From an uncultured bacterium (GTDB lineage: Bacteria > Fidelibacterota > Marinisomatia > Marinisomatales > JAHJCW01): 64,000 nt of DNA. A program made the translations under genes and the position numbers. The stretch covers positions 10,260 to 74,259 of the forward strand of contig CBDURO010000001.1 of NCBI GenBank assembly GCA_965369995.1, read 5' to 3'. This document shows, piece by piece, positions 9,110 to 18,145 of this stretch. Position 1 is the stretch's first letter. Each line of letters opens with the position of its first letter. The notes beneath the pieces were generated by a model, which was not told the DNA's origin, did no database searches, and saw only the letters and a list, made by a program, of their open reading frames with translations.

Positions 9110-10954
9110 ATGTGTGGTATAGTTGGATATTGGGGTAATAAAAATTCCGTCCCAATCTTAATAAAAGGATTGAAACGTTTAGAATATCGCGGTTACGATT
9201 CCGCCGGGATAGCGGTGATTGATAATAACAATAATCTAAATTATTTAAAACGTTCAGGAAAAGTAAAAGTATTGGAAGATGCCATTGATGGTTCTGTTAT
9301 TAAAGGTAACATCGGTATTGCCCACACTAGATGGGCAACACACGGCATCCCTAATGATATTAATGCTCATCCTCAAATGGATGTAACCGAATCTATTGCT
9401 TTGATTCATAATGGAATAATCGAAAATCATTCAACTTTACGAGAAATATTAATAAATGAAGGTGTAAAATTTAAAAGTGAGACAGATACTGAGGTAGTTG
9501 TTCAATTGATCTCCTCAATTTATAATCATAACGGATTATCATTGGAAGAAGCGGTGAGGGCGGCACTTCAGAAAGTAGTTGGCGCATACGGTATAGTACT
9601 AATTAGCAAGGATGAACCTGATAAGTTAATTGCTGCAAAATTTGGTAGTCCTTTGGTTATTGGGATTGGAGAAAATGAATATTTTGTCGCAAGCGATGCA
9701 GCACCTATCATTGATTATACGCGAAAGGTTGTTTATCTTGATGAAGGTGAAATGGCTATTATTTCTGGTGGCGAGTTAACTATTAAAAAGATTTTTAATA
9801 ATAAATTAGTATCGAAGAAAATAACTAAGGTGGATTGGTCTGTTGAACAAATAGAAAAAGGTAATTATCCACATTACATGCTTAAAGAAATACATGAGCA
9901 GGAACGGACAGTGATAGACACAATGAGGGGTCGTTTAAGAGTTGAAGAAGGTACTGCATTCTTGGGTGGGATACAGGACTTTCTACCAAGGATTGAGTCA
10001 GCTCGTCGATATTATATCACGGCTTGTGGAACATCATGGCATGCAGGAATGATTGGAAAATATCTGCTTGAGGAATTTGCCGGTATTCCCGTTCATGTAG
10101 AATATGCATCTGAATTTCGGTATCGTGAAACGATTGTTGGACCTGATACAGTGGTTATTGCCATTAGTCAATCCGGTGAAACTGCGGATACACTTGCTGC
10201 TATTCGTAAAGCCCGCGATAAAGGTGCCTTGACGATGGGTATTTGTAACGTTGTTGGTAGTTCCATCTCCCGTGAAACCGATTGTGGAGTTTATACTCAT
10301 GCCGGTCCTGAAATAGGTGTTGCTTCAACTAAGGCATTTACTGCTCAAGTTACAATATTGTCAATGTTTGCATTAATGTTGGGGAGACGTAAGGGTAGAT
10401 TGTCAAAATCACAGGGACAAGAAATAACCAGATCAATGAATAAGTTAGGACAATACATCAAAGAAGTCTTGGCAGATGATGAGCAATTGAAAGTAGTTGC
10501 CAAAGATACTCAAAATGTAAACAACTATCTCTATCTAGGTCGTGGATTAAATTATCCGGTTGCTCTTGAGGGTGCATTAAAATTAAAGGAAATTTCTTAT
10601 ATCCATGCAGAAGGCTACCCTGCAGCAGAAATGAAACATGGACCGATTGCACTCATTGACGAGAATATGCCGGTAGTATTTATAGCTCCTCAAGACAAAA
10701 CATATGAGAAGATTTTATCAAATATTGAACAAGTTAAGGCTAGAAAAGGTATTACAATAGTTATTACGGATAAGCATTCAAAAGAAATAGAAAAATTGTC
10801 TGATTATTTGATTGTTATTCCGAGTACTCATGCCTATATATTTCCAATCCTAGTTTCAATACCATTACAATTGTTAGCTTACCATTTGGCTGTTTTAAGA
10901 GGATGTAATATTGACCAACCGCGCAACTTGGCCAAAAGCGTTACCGTTGAATAA
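9110..10954 (+). CDS. glmS: Glutamine--fructose-6-phosphate aminotransferase
   Basis: 614 aa. N-terminal MCGIVGY (Ntn cysteine), two SIS domains, C-terminal KSVTVE. Confidence 0.96.
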   Translation: MCGIVGYWGNKNSVPILIKGLKRLEYRGYDSAGIAVIDNNNNLNYLKRSGKVKVLEDAIDGSVIKGNIGIAHTRWATHGIPNDINAHPQMDVTESIALIHNGIIENHSTLREILINEGVKFKSETDTEVVVQLISSIYNHNGLSLEEAVRAALQKVVGAYGIVLISKDEPDKLIAAKFGSPLVIGIGENEYFVASDAAPIIDYTRKVVYLDEGEMAIISGGELTIKKIFNNKLVSKKITKVDWSVEQIEKGNYPHYMLKEIHEQERTVIDTMRGRLRVEEGTAFLGGIQDFLPRIESARRYYITACGTSWHAGMIGKYLLEEFAGIPVHVEYASEFRYRETIVGPDTVVIAISQSGETADTLAAIRKARDKGALTMGICNVVGSSISRETDCGVYTHAGPEIGVASTKAFTAQVTILSMFALMLGRRKGRLSKSQGQEITRSMNKLGQYIKEVLADDEQLKVVAKDTQNVNNYLYLGRGLNYPVALEGALKLKEISYIHAEGYPAAEMKHGPIALIDENMPVVFIAPQDKTYEKILSNIEQVKARKGITIVITDKHSKEIEKLSDYLIVIPSTHAYIFPILVSIPLQLLAYHLAVLRGCNIDQPRNLAKSVTVE

Positions 10955-12806
10955 TTTGCTGAAATATTTTCTAATTTTCCTGATAACTTTTCCAATATTT
11001 GGACAAGTAAGTGATAAAACCTATTCGCGTTCTAATTCTACATTTAAAAGTGCAGTAGAGCAATACAATAAAGGTAATTATAAAGATGCAGAACTAATCC
11101 TTGAAAAGATATCTCCTGTCGAAAAAGGTTATTTTAGTGAGGAACTCGCTTTTTTTTCGATGCGGGTTAAATACCGTTTGAATGATTATTTTGCATGTAG
11201 AGAAATTGGTAAGTCGTTATTGAGTGAACATCCAAATAGTGTATATATACCCAATATTTTAATTGTTTTTGGTGATATTTTTATCGCTGAAGGATTGTAT
11301 GAAGCAGCATTTCGTACTTACCTTAAAGCATTTAGGACTAATGATGATAAGCATTATCAAACTAATATAGTAAAACGTATTTTTCTATCGTTGCAATTTG
11401 GAATATCTCCAAATATTCCTGAAGAATTATTATCCATCGAAATTGACCAAGATTTGATCCAGATATTATTGTTATCTAAGGTACATACTGAATTATTTGC
11501 CGGTCAACAATCAAAAGCTGCAACTACACTATCTCAAATAGATTTTAAAGAATTATCAGAAATAAATCATGATTATTATTCAAAACTAAAGGATAAATTG
11601 TCTGACAATTTAACAGGTTATGCAATAGTTGGTGTTGTTTTACCTCTCACTGGTAAAGATGCAAAAATTGGAAGGGAATTTCTTGATGGACTAAAGTATG
11701 CCGAAGCAAACAATTATTCGAATGATATAGGATTATCTTTTATAGTTTATGACAATATGGGAGATCAGTTAAAAACATTAGAAGCATTTCTAGCTATAAC
11801 TAATAACCCAAACGTTGTGGCTGCAATCGGACCGATTTCTACAGATAATTCTATAATTGCAGGAAGCATCGCTGAAACTAGCGGAATACCATTGATTATA
11901 CCAACGACTGCTATTAACGGTTTATCGGAAATTTCCGATAATATATTCATGATGAATTCTGATTTAAAAATACGCGGGGAATTAGCAGGACAAATTATCG
12001 CCGAAATGCTTGAAGTGAAGAATATCGCAGTTCTTGCACCAGCAGATAAATTTGGCAAGAGTTTAGTTGACGCATTTACAAATAAATTAAAATCTTATAA
12101 TAAAGTGCCAAAAATAATTGAATGGTATTCCGGAATACCGATGAATTTAGACCGACAATTTAAGTCAATTAGAGCGACAGCTTGGGAATTGTCCGACACT
12201 ACTGATTATTGGAAATCGGCTGATACTACTGCTTCCTTGGATTTACTGAATACAACAATTGATTCCATATTTGCTGAACAGATATTCGAAGAAGAAGGAA
12301 TGACTGCGGACGATTCATCAAAAGTTATTCTTAATTCAATTGACGCAATTTATATGCCAATTCACCCCGATCATTTAGATTATGTTGGAGCACAATATCC
12401 AGCATATAATTTAGATGCTATAGTCGTTGGAAACGATAATTGGGCAGATTTGGAAATATTAAGGAAAGAAAATATTGGACCTCATTTTGCGGGATTAGTT
12501 GTGATATCAAATTATAATAACCATCAAATAGATTTACTGAACAATAATTTTGATAATAAACATACCGGTTATTTTTATCAAGCAATTGATTGCTATAACC
12601 TATTAACAAAATCATTAACAGAGGCAAGTGCTTCAAATAAATCTTTATTGCAAATATTATCAAATATAGATGATTTTAGCGGATTATTCGGTACATATAA
12701 TTTTACTGAACGTGGTAATCATGTTAATTCTACCTTAAACATTTTACAATTTGACGGATATAAATTTGATGAATATATTGATCCAAATCAACTTATTCAA
12801 TATTAA
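10911..12806 (+). CDS. TPR-like N-domain fused to a type-1 periplasmic-binding-fold domain (LpoA/LppC-like or Leu/Ile/Val-binding-like envelope protein)
   Basis: 631 aa. Hydrophobic N-terminal segment LLKYFLIFLITFPIFGQ, a helical-repeat N-half, then IVGVVLPLTGKDAKIGREFLDGLKYA and a PBP1-like remainder. The in-frame TTG at 10956, just after the glmS stop, is a likelier start than TTG at 10911. Confidence 0.55.
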   Translation: MTNRATWPKALPLNNLLKYFLIFLITFPIFGQVSDKTYSRSNSTFKSAVEQYNKGNYKDAELILEKISPVEKGYFSEELAFFSMRVKYRLNDYFACREIGKSLLSEHPNSVYIPNILIVFGDIFIAEGLYEAAFRTYLKAFRTNDDKHYQTNIVKRIFLSLQFGISPNIPEELLSIEIDQDLIQILLLSKVHTELFAGQQSKAATTLSQIDFKELSEINHDYYSKLKDKLSDNLTGYAIVGVVLPLTGKDAKIGREFLDGLKYAEANNYSNDIGLSFIVYDNMGDQLKTLEAFLAITNNPNVVAAIGPISTDNSIIAGSIAETSGIPLIIPTTAINGLSEISDNIFMMNSDLKIRGELAGQIIAEMLEVKNIAVLAPADKFGKSLVDAFTNKLKSYNKVPKIIEWYSGIPMNLDRQFKSIRATAWELSDTTDYWKSADTTASLDLLNTTIDSIFAEQIFEEEGMTADDSSKVILNSIDAIYMPIHPDHLDYVGAQYPAYNLDAIVVGNDNWADLEILRKENIGPHFAGLVVISNYNNHQIDLLNNNFDNKHTGYFYQAIDCYNLLTKSLTEASASNKSLLQILSNIDDFSGLFGTYNFTERGNHVNSTLNILQFDGYKFDEYIDPNQLIQY

Positions 12807-12808
12807 TA

Positions 12809-13507
12809 ATGTTAATAAATTTGTGGTCTGATTACTCACCTAAATTTTCAGAAAAATTTATAATAGCCGGTTTGACAAATCAGTATTATCCTTTTTCATC
12901 TGAAAATGATAGAGTAGAATTCGCTAAAATATTAAAGTTAGATTATAGAAATATTGTTATTCCTGAGCAGCTCCATTCTAACAATGTGGTTTGCTGTACT
13001 AAAGCTGGAAATATTATTGGTACTGATGGAATAGTTACAAATAAGAAAGATTTAATATTATCAATTCAGGTAGCGGATTGTATTCCTATTTATCTTTTTG
13101 ATAAACAAAATTATAATATCGGCTTAATACATGCCGGGTGGCGTGGGGTAATAGCCGGTATTATTGAAAACAGTATAAAACAAATGAAAGAGTTGGATTC
13201 AAAACCAATTGATATAGAAGTTTTGCTTGGTCCATCTATTAGACAATGTTGTTTTGAAGTTGGTTCCGAGGTTGGAAAATTATTTAATGGTAAATTTAAA
13301 AAAATCGGCAAAAGTGATAGAACGCATTTAGACTTGCAAAGTGCTGTTATTGACAAATTAATAAATATGAATATTCAATATAAAAATATTATTGATATCA
13401 AAGAATGTACAAGTTGCTCAGCTCAATATCACTCCTTTCGAAGAGACGGTGACAAAGCCGGTAGAATGATTGCTATGATGGGGTGGCGCCAGAAATCAGA
13501 AATCTGA
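12809..13507 (+). CDS. pgeF: PgeF/YfiH family (DUF152) purine-nucleoside phosphorylase / peptidoglycan editing factor
   Basis: 232 aa. QLHSNNVV, VADCIPI and HAGWRG motifs typical of the family. The stop codon lies inside repeat copy 1. Confidence 0.8.
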   Translation: MLINLWSDYSPKFSEKFIIAGLTNQYYPFSSENDRVEFAKILKLDYRNIVIPEQLHSNNVVCCTKAGNIIGTDGIVTNKKDLILSIQVADCIPIYLFDKQNYNIGLIHAGWRGVIAGIIENSIKQMKELDSKPIDIEVLLGPSIRQCCFEVGSEVGKLFNGKFKKIGKSDRTHLDLQSAVIDKLINMNIQYKNIIDIKECTSCSAQYHSFRRDGDKAGRMIAMMGWRQKSEI

Positions 13508-13680
13508 GATTAGAAATTAGGGATTGAAAATATCAGTGGTAGTTGCAGGATTTTAAGAGGGAGAAAAGGTGAGAGGGAGCATTGGGGAATTGGATTAATG
13601 GAGTTAATGGGTTAACGTGTTCACAACTCACGTTTTTTCAATTAATGACAATTAATGACCACTAATAAGTACCAATAACA
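13491..13680 (+). repeat. Mosaic intergenic repeat element, copy 1 (unclassified family)
   Basis: Collinear with 39323-39480. Shared blocks are GATTAGAAATTAG, ATTGGGGAATTG, TAATGGAGTT, the exact 31-mer ATGGGTTAACGTGTTCACAACTCACGTTTTT (13607-13637 = 39417-39447) and CAATTAATGACA. The core forms the hairpin AACGTG-N9-CACGTT followed by a T-run. Confidence 0.85.
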
Positions 13681-13753
13681 CCAGATATATTAACCTTTAA
13701 TCTTCAAAAACACATAAAATCCATATAAATTTCATTCAAATTAAACAGTAAAT

Positions 13754-14518
13754 ATGACAATTTTTGAAGCAGCACTATTAGGAATAATACAAGGACTCAC
13801 TGAGTTTTTGCCAATCAGTAGTTCCGGTCATCTTGTGATTGGACAGAAAATGCTCGGCATATTCGTAGCGGGAAATGTATTTGAAGTTGTCGTTCATTTG
13901 GGAACACTTGGCAGTGTTTTAATTGTATTTTGGTCTGACATTATGCAATTAATTAAATCACTTAAATCTGCAACTACTCAAAAGTATATTATCGCCATAG
14001 CGATTGGTACACTACCGGCTGTTATAATTGGATTATTATTCAAAGATATTATATCAGAAGCATTTGAAAATATCAGGGTCGTGGCAATAACATTAATGAT
14101 TACAGGAATAATTTTGCTGACCACAAGATTTATTAAAACAAAACTGAAGGACATATCAATTAGTCGTGGTTTGCTAATTGGTATCGCTCAAGCGATGGCG
14201 ATTGCACCGGGCATTTCTAGATCCGGCATTACAATTAGTTTAGGAATGCATCTCGGTATAGCACCGGATAAGGCTGCCAAATTTTCATTCTTACTTGCAG
14301 TTCCGGCAATTGCCGGAGCCGGATTATTGACAGGATTAGATTTAATTGAATCAAGTGAACCAACATTACCGTGGTCTGTTCTTATTGTTGGATTTTTAAG
14401 TTCCTTGCTAGTAGGTTGGATTTCCTTAAAGTGGTTACTTGGGTTAATTAGATCAGGTAAATTTCACTGGTTTGGAGTTTATTGTATATTCGTGGGAATA
14501 CTAAGTTGGATAATCTAG
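13754..14518 (+). CDS. uppP: Undecaprenyl-diphosphate phosphatase
   Basis: 254 aa polytopic membrane protein. GLTEFLPISSSGHL and PGISRSG motifs of BacA/UppP. Confidence 0.92.
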   Translation: MTIFEAALLGIIQGLTEFLPISSSGHLVIGQKMLGIFVAGNVFEVVVHLGTLGSVLIVFWSDIMQLIKSLKSATTQKYIIAIAIGTLPAVIIGLLFKDIISEAFENIRVVAITLMITGIILLTTRFIKTKLKDISISRGLLIGIAQAMAIAPGISRSGITISLGMHLGIAPDKAAKFSFLLAVPAIAGAGLLTGLDLIESSEPTLPWSVLIVGFLSSLLVGWISLKWLLGLIRSGKFHWFGVYCIFVGILSWII

Positions 14519-14519
14519 C

Positions 14520-15956
14520 ATGACTATAACCGGTATAGTATTTATTATATATCTTGCAATTCTGATTGGTGTTGGCATTGCTACTTTTCGATTTAATAAA
14601 ACTCAGGAAGATTATTTATTAGCAGGTCGCAAATTGGGACCGTGGGTTGTAGCATTTTCCGAGAGGGCATCTGGTGAATCTGCATGGTTGATATTGGCTT
14701 TACCGGGAGCAGCAATTGCAATCGGATTGGGTGAAATTTGGGCGGTTATTGGAATAATTAGTGGTATCATTTTATCATGGTTCATAATTGCAAATAGGTT
14801 ACGCCAAGAAACCGCTAAATATGATGCACTTACAATCCCTCAATATTTACATAGAAAATATCAAGATAAAACAAATATTATAAGATTGTTTTCGTCATTT
14901 ATTATAGTTTTCTTTTTTGCTTTTTATGTTTCCGCACAATTTCACGCATCCGGAAAAATTCTTAATTCGATATTTGGACTAAATCCAATAACCGGAATCA
15001 CAATTGGTGCTTTAATTATTGTTTTGTATACTTTGATGGGTGGGTTTTTTGCTGTAGCGTGGACTGATCTAATCCAAGGGATTATAATGATTTGCACACT
15101 TGTTCTTTTGCCAATTGTTGGATTTATTGAATTAAAAGAAGCGGGAATTTCAGTTACGCAAAGTGTAATTAATGCAAGCGGTAATCAATCATCACTTACA
15201 ATGGGCTTAACAGGTTGGGCGGCAGTTTCCTTAATAGTCGGAGGACTTAGTTGGGGACTGGGTTATTTTGGTCAACCGCATCTTATCATTCGATATATGT
15301 CGATTCGTAGTGCTGATGAGATCAAAACAGCACGAAAAATTGCCACAGCGTGGGCAATTCCGGGAGTAACTGGAGCCTTCTTAATAGGGATAGTCGCTTT
15401 GGCGATGTTTGGGGAGGGATTTTTTCCAGATGTCGAGCAAGCGATGCCGTATTTAGCGATGCATTTACTTCCTGGATGGATAGCGGGAATTATGATTTCC
15501 GGAGCAGTAGCAGCTATGATGTCCACCGCTGACAGCCAACTTTTAGTATCCACGTCGGCTATTACAGTTGATTTTTATAATCGATTCCTAAAGCGTAAAA
15601 TTGATGATAAATCAATGGTTCGTTTGAGCAGAGTAGTAACGATTGGATTTGGTGTATTTGCTTATTTAATTGCAATTATTTCTCAATTAACCGGTAAAAC
15701 GATTTTTGGTGTTGTAAGCTATGCCTGGAGTGGACTTGGTTCATCATTCGGACCTGCGCTAATTTTAACATTATGGTGGAAAGGAACAACAAGGCGTGGG
15801 GTTATTGCCGGTATTTTGATGGGTGCAATATCAACAATTATTTGGGCAAATATTAGTGTTTTACAGTCTGCCATTAGCGAGCGATTTGTCAGCTTTATTT
15901 TGGCATTTATGGCTGTTGTATTAGTTAGTTTATTAGATAAATCGAAATCTGAATGA
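14520..15956 (+). CDS. Sodium:solute symporter family transporter (PutP/PanF-like)
   Basis: 478 aa with about 13 predicted TM segments. SSS-type N-terminus (YLLAGRKLGPWV) and an AWTDLIQG motif. Confidence 0.8.
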   Translation: MTITGIVFIIYLAILIGVGIATFRFNKTQEDYLLAGRKLGPWVVAFSERASGESAWLILALPGAAIAIGLGEIWAVIGIISGIILSWFIIANRLRQETAKYDALTIPQYLHRKYQDKTNIIRLFSSFIIVFFFAFYVSAQFHASGKILNSIFGLNPITGITIGALIIVLYTLMGGFFAVAWTDLIQGIIMICTLVLLPIVGFIELKEAGISVTQSVINASGNQSSLTMGLTGWAAVSLIVGGLSWGLGYFGQPHLIIRYMSIRSADEIKTARKIATAWAIPGVTGAFLIGIVALAMFGEGFFPDVEQAMPYLAMHLLPGWIAGIMISGAVAAMMSTADSQLLVSTSAITVDFYNRFLKRKIDDKSMVRLSRVVTIGFGVFAYLIAIISQLTGKTIFGVVSYAWSGLGSSFGPALILTLWWKGTTRRGVIAGILMGAISTIIWANISVLQSAISERFVSFILAFMAVVLVSLLDKSKSE

Positions 15957-16942
15957 ATCCATCCATCACACAACTAATGAATTCTTTGAAAAACAGTGGA
16001 GTTGAACCTGTTTATTTATTACACGGAACAGATAAGTTTTTGCAACGATTCTTATCGGAAAAAATAGCTGATACATTTTTTCAAAATTCTAAATCAGATA
16101 AAACATTATTAATACCGGATGATATGAAAGGTCCGGAAATAATTGAAAATATTACAGCTACCGATTTATTCAGCAGTAAAAAAATGTTCATTATGTTGGA
16201 ACCCCAAAAAATTAGCGGACAAAGCCGCAAAGAATTTTTGTCATATTGTGATAAGCCGATTCAATCAAATTGTTTGGTTATAGTTTTAGAGGAATTCGGT
16301 AAAAATGTTGCGATGGTAAGAGAATTAACTAATCGTTTTACAGCAATAAATGTTAGTTCTCCATTCGAAAATGATATGAAAAAATGGGCTCAATACTTCT
16401 TAAGAGAGAAAGATATAAAAGCGAATACGGGAATATTAAACACGATTGTAGAAATGGCCGGCGACTCAGTTGGACATATAGCCAATGAGATTGATAAAAT
16501 AAGCATATTATTGGATGAGGGTCAGGAATTAACCGACGATTTAGTTCTACAATTTTCAGGATGGAAAAGGCAACATCAACGTTGGGAATTTTTCAAATAT
16601 TTAGGGAATAAGGATTTAGAGAAGTCATTAAAAATTGGTTTATCACTTATCACCCAAAATGAAACGATGCTGACATTAATTTATCCTCTGACTGCTTTCT
16701 TTCAAGAATTGTTATTTGCTAAGATATCACCGGAGGTAGTCCCGGGTCGAGGAGGATATGTACCCTTATCAAATAGTATTGTGAAAAATCTACCCAATTA
16801 CGTTAAAAGATACTCAAGAAAAGAGGTAGAGTTAGCATTAAAATTACTTGGTGAAATTGATGTTAGAAGTAAAACAACAACTGTTTCTGATGAATCAGAA
16901 ATGACTAAATTCCTCTTTAATTTATTAGACAATAATGATTAA
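15953..16942 (+). CDS. holA: DNA polymerase III delta subunit
   Basis: 329 aa. N-terminal VYLLHGTDKFL pattern and the overall size and helical C-half of HolA. ATGA overlap with the upstream gene. Sequence conservation in this family is weak. Confidence 0.6.
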   Translation: MNPSITQLMNSLKNSGVEPVYLLHGTDKFLQRFLSEKIADTFFQNSKSDKTLLIPDDMKGPEIIENITATDLFSSKKMFIMLEPQKISGQSRKEFLSYCDKPIQSNCLVIVLEEFGKNVAMVRELTNRFTAINVSSPFENDMKKWAQYFLREKDIKANTGILNTIVEMAGDSVGHIANEIDKISILLDEGQELTDDLVLQFSGWKRQHQRWEFFKYLGNKDLEKSLKIGLSLITQNETMLTLIYPLTAFFQELLFAKISPEVVPGRGGYVPLSNSIVKNLPNYVKRYSRKEVELALKLLGEIDVRSKTTTVSDESEMTKFLFNLLDNND

Positions 16943-17507
16943 TAAATACCGCTATACTGATGAAGAACTCATCGCCCGTTTCCAAAAGGGCGACGAAAAT
17001 GCCTACACGGAACTCGTTAATCGTTACCGGGATAGATTGATGACTTTTGTCTATCGTTTTGTTAATGATATGGAACAAGCGGAAGATATTGTTCAGGATG
17101 CGTTAGTAAAAGTATATACACATAAACATTATTATAAAGAAGTTGCCAAATTTTCTACTTGGGTTTATACAATTGCAGGGAACTTAGCAAAGACCGAATT
17201 ACGTAAAAGAAAACGAAGACAAACTTCGTCTTTGAGTACATTAGGATTGGATGATAAGGATTATGAATTACCGTCGGTTGAATTAGAAACAGGCGAGTAT
17301 ATTCAGGGGGAATACACCGAAAAAAAAATACAAGAAGCCATACAATCTTTACCGCTACATTTTAGGACTGTAATAATTTTACGTGATATTCAGGAACTTT
17401 CTTATGAGGAAATTAGTAATATCGTTAGTGTCCCTCTGGGAACGGTGAAATCTAGAATAAATCGTGCGAGATTGCAATTGCAAGAAGCACTTAAGGAGTA
17501 TAAATAG
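16935..17507 (+). CDS. ECF-type RNA polymerase sigma-70 family factor
   Basis: 190 aa. Region 2 (DIVQDALVKVY, FSTWVYTIAGN) and region 4 HTH (LSYEEISNIVSVPLGTVKSRINRARLQL). Confidence 0.9.
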   Translation: MINKYRYTDEELIARFQKGDENAYTELVNRYRDRLMTFVYRFVNDMEQAEDIVQDALVKVYTHKHYYKEVAKFSTWVYTIAGNLAKTELRKRKRRQTSSLSTLGLDDKDYELPSVELETGEYIQGEYTEKKIQEAIQSLPLHFRTVIILRDIQELSYEEISNIVSVPLGTVKSRINRARLQLQEALKEYK

Positions 17508-17522
17508 GAGCGTAGCCTATCG

Positions 17523-18074
17523 ATGGATCGTTATCAGTTAGAAGGTTATATATCAGATTATATTGAAAATAGTTTAAGTATCGCTAAACGTAAAGAATTT
17601 GAACAGTATTTAGCGAAACATCCCGAATCGAAAGAGCAAGTAGAAGCAGTTCGTTCAACAATATTACATTTAAAGAATTTACCTGGGGTAAAAACACCCA
17701 ATGATTTTATGGTAAAATTGCAGCAGCGCGTTGCTAAACAACGCGACGTAGTTCCGGTTGCACAAAAAAGACGTAAGCCATTGATCTTCGGTTTCACACC
17801 GCTAACTGCCGGTATGATGTCACTTGTGGTTTTGGCAATTGTATTTGTTGGCTACGAATTAATGCCAAGTGGAACGTCTAGTCCTATCGCAATTCCGCCG
17901 CAAATAACCACAAATAATGTAATGTCCGTTCCTGTGAATCCCACTCCTATGACACCGATAAATACCGAATCGGCAATTGCCGAAGTGGAGGAAGACAGCT
18001 CTATAATTGAAAAAGATTTGCAGCAAATTAGTCCTGAACTTGAGGATAAAATAAACTATGTGAGAACACAGTAA
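17523..18074 (+). CDS. Putative anti-sigma factor (single-pass membrane protein)
   Basis: 183 aa directly downstream of the ECF sigma gene. Helical N-terminal domain, one TM segment (LTAGMMSLVVLAIVFVGY) and a Pro/Thr-rich exterior tail. The call rests on position and architecture only. Confidence 0.5.
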   Translation: MDRYQLEGYISDYIENSLSIAKRKEFEQYLAKHPESKEQVEAVRSTILHLKNLPGVKTPNDFMVKLQQRVAKQRDVVPVAQKRRKPLIFGFTPLTAGMMSLVVLAIVFVGYELMPSGTSSPIAIPPQITTNNVMSVPVNPTPMTPINTESAIAEVEEDSSIIEKDLQQISPELEDKINYVRTQ

Positions 18075-18097
18075 GTTTTACAATCTATCTTTGATTA

Positions 18098-18133
18098 TCC
18101 CTGTTGTTTATGTAAGTTTGAATAACAGGGATT
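18098..18133 (+). promoter_or_regulatory. Perfect 9-bp stem-loop between the anti-sigma and GGDEF genes
   Basis: ATCCCTGTT (18098-18106) pairs with AACAGGGAT (18125-18133) around an 18-nt loop. No T-run follows, so it could be an atypical terminator or a regulatory hairpin. Confidence 0.35.
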
Positions 18134-18145
18134 TCCACATCTAAA

